Below are positions 9,091 through 19,156 of a stretch of 64,000 bases of DNA, in pieces; position 1 is the stretch's first letter, and every line of letters starts with the position of its first letter. A program made the translations under genes and the position numbers. A model generated the notes under the pieces. It was not told where the DNA came from and searched no databases. It worked only from the letters and a program-made list of their open reading frames with translations. Origin of the DNA: a bacterium (GTDB lineage Bacteria; Zixibacteria; MSB-5A5; GN15; FEB-12). Location: the NCBI GenBank assembly GCA_043811375.1, contig JBDRNJ010000019.1:39755-103754 (forward strand), given 5' to 3'.

Positions 9091-10758
9091 CTATCCTCCC
9101 GGGGACGGAAACCGGAACGGTTCACAGAGATTGCGTTCCAGTTTCCGGCTGAGATCATAGTTTACTTTCGATTGTATGGGCACTTCAATCAGGCAAAGTT
9201 CCTGGCTGGTTATGGCTTCTTTCAGGTTCGATTGAAGTTGCTCCAGATTCTGCGGGGCATAGCCTTTGATACCGAAGCTCCGGGCGTATTGCATGAGATC
9301 GGGATTGGTCAGTTTGGTTCCAAAGGTGCGGCCGGTGTGATTGAATTGTTTCCAGGAAATCAACCCATATTCGTTGTCGTTAAAAACGATAATGGTGAAG
9401 CCGACACCGATCCGCCGGGCGGTCTCAATTTCCTGAGAGTTCATCAGGAAACCACCGTCACCCATCACCGCCACCACCTGCTTGTCCGGACAGGCCAACT
9501 TGGCGGCGACCCCACCCGGCAAGGCAATGCCCATACTGGCCAGGCCGTTTGACATGATAACGGAGTTGGGCTCGTAGGTCGGGTAGTTGCGGCCGATCCA
9601 CATTTTGTGACTGCCGACATCGGAGATAAGAATGTCACCGGGATTCATAACATCACGGATGATGTGAAGGACTCCCGGAACCGTGAACTCATCTCCCGGG
9701 GACAATCGGTAGGATCGGATATCAATTTCGATCTGTTTTCGCAGTGGCCAAAACCAGCCGGTATCAAAAACAAGGTGCTCCTTTTTGACCCGTTCCGTCA
9801 AGGCCGATAAGGCACCGGAGACGTCGCTGACAATTTCAACTGTCGGCTGGTAGAAGTCGTATACCTCGGCGGGAAGAAAATCTATGTGCACGATCTGCCT
9901 GCTGCTGTCGTGGTTCCAGAACTCGGGCGCATATTCAGCAATATCATAGCCGACAGTCAGAATCAGGTCTGCCCGGTCGATGGCACCGTTGACGTAGTCA
10001 CGTGTCTGCAACCCGACTGCGAACAGAGAATGCTCATCACGGTCCGAGACAGCCCCCTTGCCCATGAACGTTGACACCACCGGTATGTAGGCAGCGGCCA
10101 CCAGAGCGCGTAATTGCCGGGAAGACCTTTCGCGGATAGCACCGTTGCCGGCCAGGATCAACGGCCGCTTAGATTGGGACAGAAGCTGCATGGCGGCGCT
10201 GACGGCCTGCGAATCAGGAGCGGCCCGGCGCACCGGCCTGGGCGTTATCGGCTGGTGAGAACAATCCAGCCGGGCAATATCCTCGGGGAGTTCAAAATGC
10301 GTGGCTCCCGGTTTTTCCATCTCAGCCAGCTTGAAAGCTTTGCGGACGACTTCGGTGACAACCTGCGGGTTCTGAATACTGGCGTTCCATTTCGTGATCG
10401 GTTTGAACATGTTGATGATGTCGATTTTCTGGTGGCTTTCCTTGTGCATTCGGTCCGAGGCGGCCTGACCGGTAATGGCTACTACTGGTGCCTTGTCAAG
10501 GTGAGCATCGGCCACACCGGTAACTAGATTGGTGGCGCCCGGTCCCAGAGTGGACAGGCAGACTCCGGCCCGACCCGTCAGGCGACCGTACACATCGGCC
10601 ATAAACGAGGCTCCCAGCTCCAGGCGGGTGGTGATAAACCGGATGTCGGATGTCTCCAGTGACAAAAGCAGATCTTCGTTCTCTTCACCGGGAATACCGA
10701 AGACATACTTGACACCTTCGCCTTCAAGGCAGCGGACGATCAGATCAGAGACTTTCAT
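9091..10758 (-). CDS. ThDP-dependent enzyme, acetolactate synthase large subunit-like (possible 2-oxoglutarate decarboxylase)
   Basis: FGIPGEEN, STLGPGATN, GDGGFLMNSQE...N ThDP motif; 1-bp gap to the SSADH gene. Confidence 0.88.
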   Translation of the reverse strand: MKVSDLIVRCLEGEGVKYVFGIPGEENEDLLLSLETSDIRFITTRLELGASFMADVYGRLTGRAGVCLSTLGPGATNLVTGVADAHLDKAPVVAITGQAASDRMHKESHQKIDIINMFKPITKWNASIQNPQVVTEVVRKAFKLAEMEKPGATHFELPEDIARLDCSHQPITPRPVRRAAPDSQAVSAAMQLLSQSKRPLILAGNGAIRERSSRQLRALVAAAYIPVVSTFMGKGAVSDRDEHSLFAVGLQTRDYVNGAIDRADLILTVGYDIAEYAPEFWNHDSSRQIVHIDFLPAEVYDFYQPTVEIVSDVSGALSALTERVKKEHLVFDTGWFWPLRKQIEIDIRSYRLSPGDEFTVPGVLHIIRDVMNPGDILISDVGSHKMWIGRNYPTYEPNSVIMSNGLASMGIALPGGVAAKLACPDKQVVAVMGDGGFLMNSQEIETARRIGVGFTIIVFNDNEYGLISWKQFNHTGRTFGTKLTNPDLMQYARSFGIKGYAPQNLEQLQSNLKEAITSQELCLIEVPIQSKVNYDLSRKLERNLCEPFRFPSPGG

Positions 10759-11028
10759 GTTTATTCTCTCGCTGGAAGATGCCACCAAACGCTACACCAC
10801 ATGTTTCTATTGGTTCCATAACCGGAGCCCGCAGGTCTTTACTCCCCATACGTCTGATATGGTTGCTGTTGTTATCGTTCATGCCATCGTTATCCGTCTC
10901 CGACAGCGTAGCTGCCGGGTACATGCTCCTGTCACTCATAAGATAGCCTTCCGATAACTATCCGGTAAAGACAAAAAAAGAGCCGGCCGGTTTCGCCCGG
11001 TGTAGTTGACGCGCCGGAATCTCATCCG

Positions 11029-13455
11029 TCAGACTGAATCGATCGGATCGGACCGGCGTCGCCAACGGCAGTAGCCTACTACAACTATTGCAGCCAGTAA
11101 CCCGGCGATAGTCAACCGTCCTGACCAGCGATTGAGAGCCGAATCGTACACCATCACGACCCGGTGGTTTCCGGAGGGAACCGCTACCGCCCGGAAGGCA
11201 CCGTAGGCACGGTGGATGGGACGCCTGACGCCGTCCACACAGGCACGCCAGGCGGGAAAATAGGTGTCGGACAGAACCAGCAGTTGGTTGGTGGCTGAGA
11301 CAACGTTGATTTCCAACGAATCCATGTCATAGTAGATTATCTCAGCCCGATAACTGTCCGGGCTGCAAGGGGAGATCGTCAGCTCCGGCTCCTCCTCCAG
11401 CAACACCAGCTTGCGAAGATTGTCACTTCCCTTGAGGACCAACTCATGTATCGCCTTTCGATCCGGAACTACCTTATAGGCACCCGCCAGGTAAGCATGG
11501 GGGAAGCAGTTCCTGTTTCCGAGGACTATGTATTCCGCCGCAACGCCGAGTGTATCCAGGGGAATCGGCCCCAGAATGTCCGGTGGCAGGTGGTGTCCCT
11601 GCCGGCAAATGATGTAGCGAGTGGCGGTCAGGTTCGCCAGACGAGGATTGAGATAGTTGCTGCGGTGGTAGCCTCCGATCAACTCATAGAACCAGATCAA
11701 TTCCTTGCCGTGGGGAAAGGTGGTACTCCTGATTCCGTAATAGCCAAGTTGAAAGCCTCCCTCCCAGATACCGTACGAAACTGTGCGTCCCGGCTCCTCC
11801 TGGCTGCGCAGCACGTCGATTACCGGATGCGGACCGAACCGCCGGTCGGCATCAAACACGTATAGCAACTGCTCGTTGAAACGGCAGTTCGCAAATGTGA
11901 CCACCAGCGGCAGTATCCACAGCAAGTGACGTAACCTGGGGGCGGACAGGACTATTCTGACAACCACCGCCGCAATTCCGGCGTAAACCAGCGCCAACCA
12001 GAGACCGGTTTTGAGGTGTGGCAGGTTAGCCAATGCGAATGACCACTTGCCGGCTGCTGCCGACTCCATCGGCAGGGCTGCCAGGTTAAATATCCGGCAG
12101 TACCAGCGCAACATCTCCTCCCCACTGATAGTAAAACTGATTGCCGCCAGCAGCAGGATGAAGGGGACAGCCCTCAGTACGAACGCCAGGGTCCACTGCC
12201 TTGATGATCCGAGGGCTCCGGGGGAGACGGCCCGGTCACGAACGTTCTCTATGCCCATCCCGCCCAGCACGGCCACACAGAAAACGAAAACAAACATAGC
12301 CGTCGAGGGACCGGCCATGGACGATAAGAAAGGAATCACAGCAATGATCAGTGCAAAGAAGGGGGTGGAAGGACCCAGGGCATAGAGGAAAACCAGGCTC
12401 GCCAGCGCTCCCCAGAAGTACTTCTCTGAACGACCACGGGTCAGAAATGCCAGCAGGGCCATGAACAGAACGACAATCCCAGCGCTTTCCGAGGTTCTCT
12501 TGAACGTATTCTTGCCCCAGTACAGCCGTTGGCCATTGGCCAGATCGGTGCCGCTGAACTCGGGGACAAGTTGCGAAACCGCCTCCTCGGCACGCAACGA
12601 GTACTGTGAGGCAAACTCAAACCCGGCGTGGACAGAGGCCCGGGGTGAATAATTCAAGAGATATCGAGCACTCGGCAATAACTGGACCGACGAAATCATA
12701 AGCCCCAACAGCACACCGAAAACCAGCAGTGCCGCCGGCCGTATCAGCGACTTGACGGTCCAACTCTGCAAGAATAACCGGCCAAGTTTGTAGACAGAGA
12801 ATAAAGCCACCACCCAGAGAACGTAGTAGGCCATCTGCAGATGCGGAGTGAGAATAATAACGGCCAGGACCAGTCCAAACCAGACGGCGTCCTGCAACCG
12901 GTACCGTCTGAGAAGCCGATCAAGAAACAGCATCAGCAGCGGAAACCAGGTAGCCACGTATAGTTTACCATCGTGACCTTCCGCCGTCCAACTGAACAGA
13001 CAGGGCGAAAGAGCGTAGGCCAGTCCGGCGAAGACAGCTCCTAACCTCGATAGATTGAATTGTCGCGCCGCCAGGTACATAAAAACCCCGGCCAGGAAGT
13101 AGTGCAGCATGAAATTGTAAGCAGTCGTTCGGAAAACGTCACCGCAGAAATCGATAAACGTCAAAGGATAATAGATGCCGCCGTGAATGGCGTCTACAAA
13201 GGGAAGGCCGCAGCAGATAAAGAAGTTCCAGCCCGGCACGGAATAATGACTGAGCAAGTACTCCTTCAACAGTGTGCGGTAGAAGACTCCAAACCCGACG
13301 ACATCGTGCGACGCGATCATGTAGTCGGAGAAGATGAAGTCACGAAAGATAAAAACCAGGGATGCGACCAAAACAGCCGCATAGAGTGTGATCAAGCACT
13401 GAGGTTTATCCAGAAAACGCAGCACCCGGGTGGTGGGTGATATGTTATCAGCCAT
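11029..13455 (-). CDS. YfhO-family multi-pass membrane protein (GT-C-like glycosyltransferase)
   Basis: Many TM helices; C-terminal LVLSDTYFPAWRACVDG...AFRAVAVPSGNHRV. Confidence 0.8.
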   Translation of the reverse strand: MADNISPTTRVLRFLDKPQCLITLYAAVLVASLVFIFRDFIFSDYMIASHDVVGFGVFYRTLLKEYLLSHYSVPGWNFFICCGLPFVDAIHGGIYYPLTFIDFCGDVFRTTAYNFMLHYFLAGVFMYLAARQFNLSRLGAVFAGLAYALSPCLFSWTAEGHDGKLYVATWFPLLMLFLDRLLRRYRLQDAVWFGLVLAVIILTPHLQMAYYVLWVVALFSVYKLGRLFLQSWTVKSLIRPAALLVFGVLLGLMISSVQLLPSARYLLNYSPRASVHAGFEFASQYSLRAEEAVSQLVPEFSGTDLANGQRLYWGKNTFKRTSESAGIVVLFMALLAFLTRGRSEKYFWGALASLVFLYALGPSTPFFALIIAVIPFLSSMAGPSTAMFVFVFCVAVLGGMGIENVRDRAVSPGALGSSRQWTLAFVLRAVPFILLLAAISFTISGEEMLRWYCRIFNLAALPMESAAAGKWSFALANLPHLKTGLWLALVYAGIAAVVVRIVLSAPRLRHLLWILPLVVTFANCRFNEQLLYVFDADRRFGPHPVIDVLRSQEEPGRTVSYGIWEGGFQLGYYGIRSTTFPHGKELIWFYELIGGYHRSNYLNPRLANLTATRYIICRQGHHLPPDILGPIPLDTLGVAAEYIVLGNRNCFPHAYLAGAYKVVPDRKAIHELVLKGSDNLRKLVLLEEEPELTISPCSPDSYRAEIIYYDMDSLEINVVSATNQLLVLSDTYFPAWRACVDGVRRPIHRAYGAFRAVAVPSGNHRVVMVYDSALNRWSGRLTIAGLLAAIVVVGYCRWRRRSDPIDSV

Positions 13456-13586
13456 CAAGCGTCCACCCCTCATCCGACCGGAACCGGGCGTCCATCACTG
13501 TCCCCGGTTCACCTGACAGATACACTTCCCCTCGACGCCGGCACAAAATGACCTCGCTAGTCTGTTATCAACCTTTCTCCGAAGTT

Positions 13587-14909
13587 CTATATACCGCTAA
13601 ACTGGATATCCGTAAAGTACATACTGGGGCGGCGCCAGGATGAGTAAACCCAGGGATCGTTGCCCATCGCCACCAGCTTGTCCCACAGTTCGGCTGAGTT
13701 TCCGGAGATGTTCATTTCATTGACCGGCCGGACGATTTGGCCGTCCTCGATGTACAAGCCCATGATGCCGTAGGAGAAGTCGCCGGTAGTCGAATTACTG
13801 TTGCCGCCTATGAAAGTGTTGATCAGTATACCCTTCTTCATTCCCTTTACGAGATCATCCAGTGACTTGTCACCGTATTCGAAAACCAGGTTGGTTGAAC
13901 CGCCGGTGGTGGGTTCCATGCCGAGTTTGCGGCCATAGTACCAGTCAATGTAGTACGACTTCAGCACACCCTTGTCGATCATCACGCGTCGTTTGGTCGC
14001 CATCCCGTCACCATCGTACAGGCGGGAACCGATGCCGGTTTCGATAAACGGATCATCGATTATGGTCAGTTTTTCCGAGCCGATCTTCTGATCCAGTTTG
14101 CCGTCCAGAAACGATCTTTTCTGCTGCAAGGCGCTGCCCTGCATCGGCTCGTTGAGTGCGCTCAGCAGCCTGCCGCCGTTCCGGTTGGTGACAATCATGT
14201 CGAACTTTCCGGATTCCATTTTAACCTGGCCGATTTTTGTCAGCGCTCGTTTGACGGCGGACTTACCCATTACTTCCGGCGCCGGCAGATCCTTGCGAAA
14301 ACGCACCGTACGCCAGTCCCAGTCCTGGGGACGACCGCCGCCGTCATCACTGACGGTAACTTCCGCTCCGGCCGAGAAGGAAGTACCGCGACGAACACCC
14401 TCGAAGCCGTTGCTGTGGACTTTGACTGTCTCGTAGAACGAGTCGGAAAATCCTGCCGTACATGATATGATGCGGTCGCTCTGAGCCTGCGCGGTTTCTT
14501 CTATGGCCTGAGCGAACTTGACCCTGGCCTCGGAGGACAGCCCCTCGTAGGAGTCGTCGAATATCCGCAGGTCCGTTTCCTTGCGGCCGGCATAGTATTT
14601 GGGATCCGGGAGCGATCGGAAAGGATCTTCGCCGAGGTACCCGGTCATAGCCACTGCTTCGCGTATAAAAGTATCCAGCCGTTCCCGGCTGAGGTCATTG
14701 GTGGAGTGATTCGAGTAACGATTCTTGGCGTAGACCGTCATACTGAGTGAGTTCTGGGTCGATTCTTTCAATTCCTCCAGTTTGCCGTCGCGAAAGCCGA
14801 CTTCGATGTCGCGGCTGTTGGCTATATTGACGGCCAGGTCATCGGCGCCGCTTTTCTTCGCCTCGGCGATCACCCAGTGAGCCAGCTTGAGTTTCTCCTG
14901 CTTATTCAT
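13587..14909 (-). CDS. pmbA: PmbA/TldE protein
   Basis: SFLDGKLDQKIGSEKLTIIDDP, YDGDG, TTGDFS, PVNEMNISGN; no HExxxH motif. Confidence 0.9.
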   Translation of the reverse strand: MNKQEKLKLAHWVIAEAKKSGADDLAVNIANSRDIEVGFRDGKLEELKESTQNSLSMTVYAKNRYSNHSTNDLSRERLDTFIREAVAMTGYLGEDPFRSLPDPKYYAGRKETDLRIFDDSYEGLSSEARVKFAQAIEETAQAQSDRIISCTAGFSDSFYETVKVHSNGFEGVRRGTSFSAGAEVTVSDDGGGRPQDWDWRTVRFRKDLPAPEVMGKSAVKRALTKIGQVKMESGKFDMIVTNRNGGRLLSALNEPMQGSALQQKRSFLDGKLDQKIGSEKLTIIDDPFIETGIGSRLYDGDGMATKRRVMIDKGVLKSYYIDWYYGRKLGMEPTTGGSTNLVFEYGDKSLDDLVKGMKKGILINTFIGGNSNSTTGDFSYGIMGLYIEDGQIVRPVNEMNISGNSAELWDKLVAMGNDPWVYSSWRRPSMYFTDIQFSGI

Positions 14910-14970
14910 AACTCTAACCCTGTTTTCGTTGTTGAGTATTTTGAGAGGACAATCCTGATTACTGAGAGGT

Positions 14971-16512
14971 TCATGAATCTACTCCTCCCACTGTGATCGA
15001 GGATACCTTGATTGTAGGCAGACCAAATCCGACCGGTGCCCACTGGCCGTTCTTACCACAGGAGCCGCCACCCGCCATCAGTTCCGGATCGTCACCGACC
15101 ATGACGACTTTGGTCAGCACCTCCGGACCATTGCCGATGATATTGCATTCCTTAATGGGACGGGTCAGTTTTCCGTTTTCGATCAGCGAGCCTGATTTGA
15201 GATAAAAGGTGAAATCACCTGCGCCGATATGCACCTCGCCATTGGAGAAAGATTCAGCATAGATGCCTTTCCTGACGCTCTGAATGATCTCTTCCCGGGT
15301 GTGCGGTCCCGCCTCCATGTAGGTATTGCGCATACGCGGCATCGGCGCGTGGCGGAACGACTGTCGCCGCCCGCTGCCGGTCGGGTTCACCTGGTAGTGT
15401 TTGGCACTGATGCGGTCATGAAGGTAGCTTTCCAGGATGCCATTTCTAACGAGATACGTTTTCTGGCTGTCGTTGGCTTCGTCATCGACATTGATACTGC
15501 CGCGCATATTGGGATTGGTGCCGTCATCGACAATCGATACAAAGTTTTCTGCCACCGGTTTACCTATCTTGTCGGCAAAGATAGATACTCCCTTGCGATT
15601 GAAGTCCGCTTCCATACCGTGTCCGATAGCCTCGTGCAACAGTATACCGGAATTGCCCGGCGATAGGACCACCTCCATCTCACCGGCTTCCGGTTTGACG
15701 GCATCAAAAAGATTGATCGTCCGTTCGACGGCAGTACCCGCCAGAGTGTCGAGTATCGGAGGTGTGAAATAATCGATACCGTGACGGCCACCCATGTTGT
15801 AGCCACCCTCTTCACGTCGACCGTCTTGTTCGGCGTTGACCGTGACAAATACTCTGGTCATCGGTTGGAAGTCGCAGACCATCCTGCCGTCCGAGGTGGC
15901 GACAAGAATGTAGGATGTCTCGTCGGAGAACCAGATCTGGGATTTTATAATACGCTTGTCCAGCGCCCAGACCTTGTCGTTGAGTTTCTGTAAATAGGGA
16001 ACCTTCCGGTCAATACCGACATCCTCCCAGGACGTCTTGATCTGATAGTAGTTCGGTGTCTGGTGGAGCTTGAGTTCCACCGGCGGCGTCCCGCGTGACT
16101 GGGCGGCAATATTGGATGCCGTCCGAGCCGCCTTTTCCATCGCTGCTGTCGTTATCTCTTCGGTAAAGGAGTAGCCGACGCTTTCGTCCTCGATGACTCG
16201 TATGCCGACACCAAAGTCGACATTGGCATAGGCGCGGTCGACTATCTTGTCCTCCAGGCCGATCCAGTTGGTAATTTTATGCTGGAAGAATACGTCACAG
16301 TAGTCTCCGCCTCGCTCCAATGCGGCTGCCATAACCCGGTGGATATCGGCCTGATCGACACCAAAGTGTTGCAGGTACTTATGGAGCTTGTCTCCCTTGG
16401 CCGGTCCGTTCACAGCCGCCAGTGGGTTGGCCCTGAAAATGATCGGGATACTGGCCAGGGCCAGACCCTGAGCGCTCATTTTTACGAATTTTCGGCGCGT
16501 AATAAGGTTCAT
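14971..16512 (-). CDS. tldD: TldD metalloprotease with N-terminal twin-arginine signal
   Basis: HEAIGHGMEAD, PRMRNTY, GSCGKNGQ; N-terminus ITRRKFVK followed by a hydrophobic stretch. Confidence 0.92.
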   Translation of the reverse strand: MNLITRRKFVKMSAQGLALASIPIIFRANPLAAVNGPAKGDKLHKYLQHFGVDQADIHRVMAAALERGGDYCDVFFQHKITNWIGLEDKIVDRAYANVDFGVGIRVIEDESVGYSFTEEITTAAMEKAARTASNIAAQSRGTPPVELKLHQTPNYYQIKTSWEDVGIDRKVPYLQKLNDKVWALDKRIIKSQIWFSDETSYILVATSDGRMVCDFQPMTRVFVTVNAEQDGRREEGGYNMGGRHGIDYFTPPILDTLAGTAVERTINLFDAVKPEAGEMEVVLSPGNSGILLHEAIGHGMEADFNRKGVSIFADKIGKPVAENFVSIVDDGTNPNMRGSINVDDEANDSQKTYLVRNGILESYLHDRISAKHYQVNPTGSGRRQSFRHAPMPRMRNTYMEAGPHTREEIIQSVRKGIYAESFSNGEVHIGAGDFTFYLKSGSLIENGKLTRPIKECNIIGNGPEVLTKVVMVGDDPELMAGGGSCGKNGQWAPVGFGLPTIKVSSITVGGVDS

Positions 16513-16704
16513 GGCATACTCCTATAGAGATATTATTTCATCTAAAGTACTGATTTATTGGGCATACTGAAAGGAACTTTAATGGCATATCATTATTACG
16601 GAGAGCGTGTGATACTGGTTTCAGAATTATTCTGGTATGAATGTGAGGACTAGGAGAGACGGAAACTTCCGGCAAACGGAGTTTGTGGCCGAAAGCTCGC
16701 TCAG

Positions 16705-16753
16705 AAAAGACAAAAAAACACCCCCGGAGTACCACTCGTACGCACCCGGGGGA
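16705..16753 (-). terminator. Rho-independent terminator
   Basis: CCCCCGG...CCGGGGG hairpin followed on the minus strand by TGTTTTTTTGTCTTTT. Confidence 0.7.
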
Positions 16754-16786
16754 TTGTCAACCAGATAACAAGCAGGTAGTTTCAGG

Positions 16787-16855
16787 TCATACCCGGGACC
16801 GATTTCGGCAACCCTCGCTGCAATGGGCCGCCCTGGGAATAGTAAAGCGTCGCAT
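16787..16855 (-). CDS. Putative 22-aa small ORF (MRRFTIPRAAHCSEGCRNRSRV)
   Basis: Strong SD GAAGGAAGGAG 7 nt before ATG; TTGACA upstream and a terminator downstream; below the ORF track cut-off. Confidence 0.4.
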   Translation of the reverse strand: MRRFTIPRAAHCSEGCRNRSRV

Positions 16856-16920
16856 GAGGTTCTCCTTCCTTCATTAAATTACTGCCACCATTGGCGGAGC
16901 TTTTGTCAACATTACGGTCC

Positions 16921-17094
16921 TTACTTCTTATTGGTGTCGGTTGAGCAACAATCCGACTGCGACCGACAGCAACAGGCGGTAAACATCGGCAGACAGCCGC
17001 AAGACATCATCTCCTTAAAACTTTTGCCGGTCACCTCAAGACGGAAACCGTCTTCCGTCTCGGTCAACGTGATCTTACCCAGTTCCTTTTCCAT
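16921..17094 (-). CDS. 57-aa Cys-rich protein, metallothionein-like tail
   Basis: GGAGGTG RBS; C-terminal SCGCLPMFTACCCRSQSDCC (7 Cys); directly downstream of ArsR. Confidence 0.7.
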   Translation of the reverse strand: MEKELGKITLTETEDGFRLEVTGKSFKEMMSCGCLPMFTACCCRSQSDCCSTDTNKK

Positions 17095-17126
17095 CGCTCT
17101 CACCTCCTCTCAATCGTTTCAGTTTG

Positions 17127-17156
17127 TATATGTTTATATGCGCATATGCACATATA
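17127..17156. promoter_or_regulatory. 30-bp AT-rich inverted repeat, candidate ArsR/SmtB operator
   Basis: TATATGTTTATATGC|GCATATGCACATATA (13 of 15 positions symmetric) just upstream of the Cys-rich gene. Confidence 0.6.
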
Positions 17157-17183
17157 TGTTCCCAAATTTTTTTTAGAGTCCGG

Positions 17184-17489
17184 TTATTTTTTTCGGCTTT
17201 TTTTCCCGGAGGGCACTCTGATTTCGAGGCAGTCGCAGAAACCGGAGCAGCAATTTTTGACCGAACTCTTGTTAAGGCTGTAAAATACCTGTTGCCCATC
17301 GCGGCGATCGACCACCACTTCGGCCTCTCGGAGAATAGCCAGGTGGCGGCTGATGGTTGGCTGTGACAGGCCGATTTCGACAACTACTTCACCGACCGTC
17401 ATTTCCCCCGATGACAGCAGAGCCAGTATCTTCAGTCGGGTTTGATTTCCAAACGCTTTGAAGTATTTGCTGAATAGTCGTTCGTCCAT
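17184..17489 (-). CDS. ArsR/SmtB family transcriptional repressor
   Basis: FKAFGNQTRLKIL, LSQPTISRHLAILREAEVV, RDGQQVFYSL; C-terminal CCSGFCDC. Confidence 0.92.
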   Translation of the reverse strand: MDERLFSKYFKAFGNQTRLKILALLSSGEMTVGEVVVEIGLSQPTISRHLAILREAEVVVDRRDGQQVFYSLNKSSVKNCCSGFCDCLEIRVPSGKKSRKK

Positions 17490-17887
17490 AAGAGCACCTT
17501 AGAGCCGGCCATGAATTCCTGTGGTCCATACATATTTATATATTTATATCGGTTGATGTTTCCCCTGTCAAAGGTTTTCTCGAGTGCGGGCATTACTAAA
17601 AGGCTTGGTTACGGATCATAACCGACAATCAGCCTGACGATATTCCCCGGATCAACCACGGTGTCGTTAGTCTCGACAAGCCTAATCTGGTTACGACCGG
17701 TCCTCTTCCTCACCCATAACAGGCAACTGATACCGGCACTATCAGCACGACGGCGGCCGCGTTGCCTCTCCGGAAACTGATTGACATATTCTAAGAACGA
17801 TATATCTTAAGGGTTGAAACTGATTGCCGGGTCGACCCGACGAGACAACCGACTTACCAAGCTGCTGGAGGCAGGATTGTGAAAAAC

Positions 17888-19129
17888 ATGCCTGATGAGG
17901 GCGACATTTCAAACACACCATTCGAATCATCTGACAGTAGTTTGATATACCTGGACAACGCTGCCACGTCCTGGCCCAAGCCCGAACAGGTCTACTCCTT
18001 CATGATCGACTTCTACCGCCGCTGTGGTGTCAATCCGGGCCGCAGCGGTTTTGATAAAGCTATCGAGGCCGGAAATATCGTGGAAGACCTGCGTGGACGC
18101 CTGACGAAGTTCTTCGGCGGTGATGAAATGCATCCGGAGCGTCTCTGCTTCTCATACAACGCCACCGACTCTCTCAATCTCATCATCCAGGGTCTGCTGT
18201 CTGAAGGCGACCATGTGATTACCACCAACCTCGAACATAATTCGGTCATTCGTCCGATTAACCATCTGGTTCGTGACGGTGGCGTCGAAGCCACTTTCGT
18301 GCCGTTTGACAGTGAGGGGTTCATAGAACCGGACGAGATCAAAAAAGCCATCAAAGCCAACACCAAATTGGTGATGGTCAACCACGGCTCCAACGTGCTG
18401 GGAACCGTTCAGCCGGTAGCAGAAATCGGCCGCATCTGCAAAGAACGGGAGGTTCTGTTTGGGGTCGATGTTTCACAGACAGCCGGCATGGTACCCATCA
18501 ATATGGCCCTGATGAACATCGATGTTCTGGCTTTCACCGGCCACAAGAGCCTGATGGCTTCAACCGGCATCGGCGGACTATACGTTGTCCCCGGTGTTGA
18601 GATACGCCACAGCCGCAGCGGCGGTACCGGGGTGCGGTCGGCCTATCCGTATCACCTCGACGAATACCCTTTTCGGATGGAATACGGAACGCCCAACATG
18701 CTGGGCATCGCCTCCCTGTGGGCCGGTCAGGAATGGCTTGCCGAGCAGGGTGGTGTAGAAGCGATCCACGCCCGTGAGATGGCACTGGCCCGGAAACTTA
18801 TCGACGGCTTCAACAAAATCGACGGTGTTATCACCCATTGCTGCGACAGCCTGGAGAATCATCTGGCCACGGTCTCCATGAACATTGAGGGACTGGAAGC
18901 AGGCGACGTGGGCATCATGCTCGACGTTGACTTCGATATTGCCACTCGGACCGGCCTGCACTGTGCACCGCTGGTGCATCAACAGATAGGCACGCTGGCT
19001 GGTCACGGTTCCGTCAGATTCGCTATCGGTCCGTTCAACACCGAGGAGCACATTACCGCGGCCCTTGCCGCCACCGCTGAGGTTGCTGAGCGGGCCAGGA
19101 AAATGTCACGCGTGGGGACACCCAGGTAA
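17888..19129 (+). CDS. Class V aminotransferase, cysteine desulfurase family
   Basis: YLDNAATSWPKP, EHNSV, AFTGHKSL (PLP Lys), RTGLHCAP (catalytic Cys). Confidence 0.9.
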   Translation: MPDEGDISNTPFESSDSSLIYLDNAATSWPKPEQVYSFMIDFYRRCGVNPGRSGFDKAIEAGNIVEDLRGRLTKFFGGDEMHPERLCFSYNATDSLNLIIQGLLSEGDHVITTNLEHNSVIRPINHLVRDGGVEATFVPFDSEGFIEPDEIKKAIKANTKLVMVNHGSNVLGTVQPVAEIGRICKEREVLFGVDVSQTAGMVPINMALMNIDVLAFTGHKSLMASTGIGGLYVVPGVEIRHSRSGGTGVRSAYPYHLDEYPFRMEYGTPNMLGIASLWAGQEWLAEQGGVEAIHAREMALARKLIDGFNKIDGVITHCCDSLENHLATVSMNIEGLEAGDVGIMLDVDFDIATRTGLHCAPLVHQQIGTLAGHGSVRFAIGPFNTEEHITAALAATAEVAERARKMSRVGTPR

Positions 19130-19156
19130 AGCACGCTCTGCAGATAACACTAACCT

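Noticed and set aside
10760..10960. TPP riboswitch or 64-aa ORF upstream of the ThDP enzyme
   Set aside because: No CTGAGA or other TPP-aptamer motif; the ORF has no recognisable features.
16757..16789. Sec read-through of the 22-aa ORF's TGA
   Set aside because: It would add only nine residues, with no redox-motif context and no convincing SECIS.
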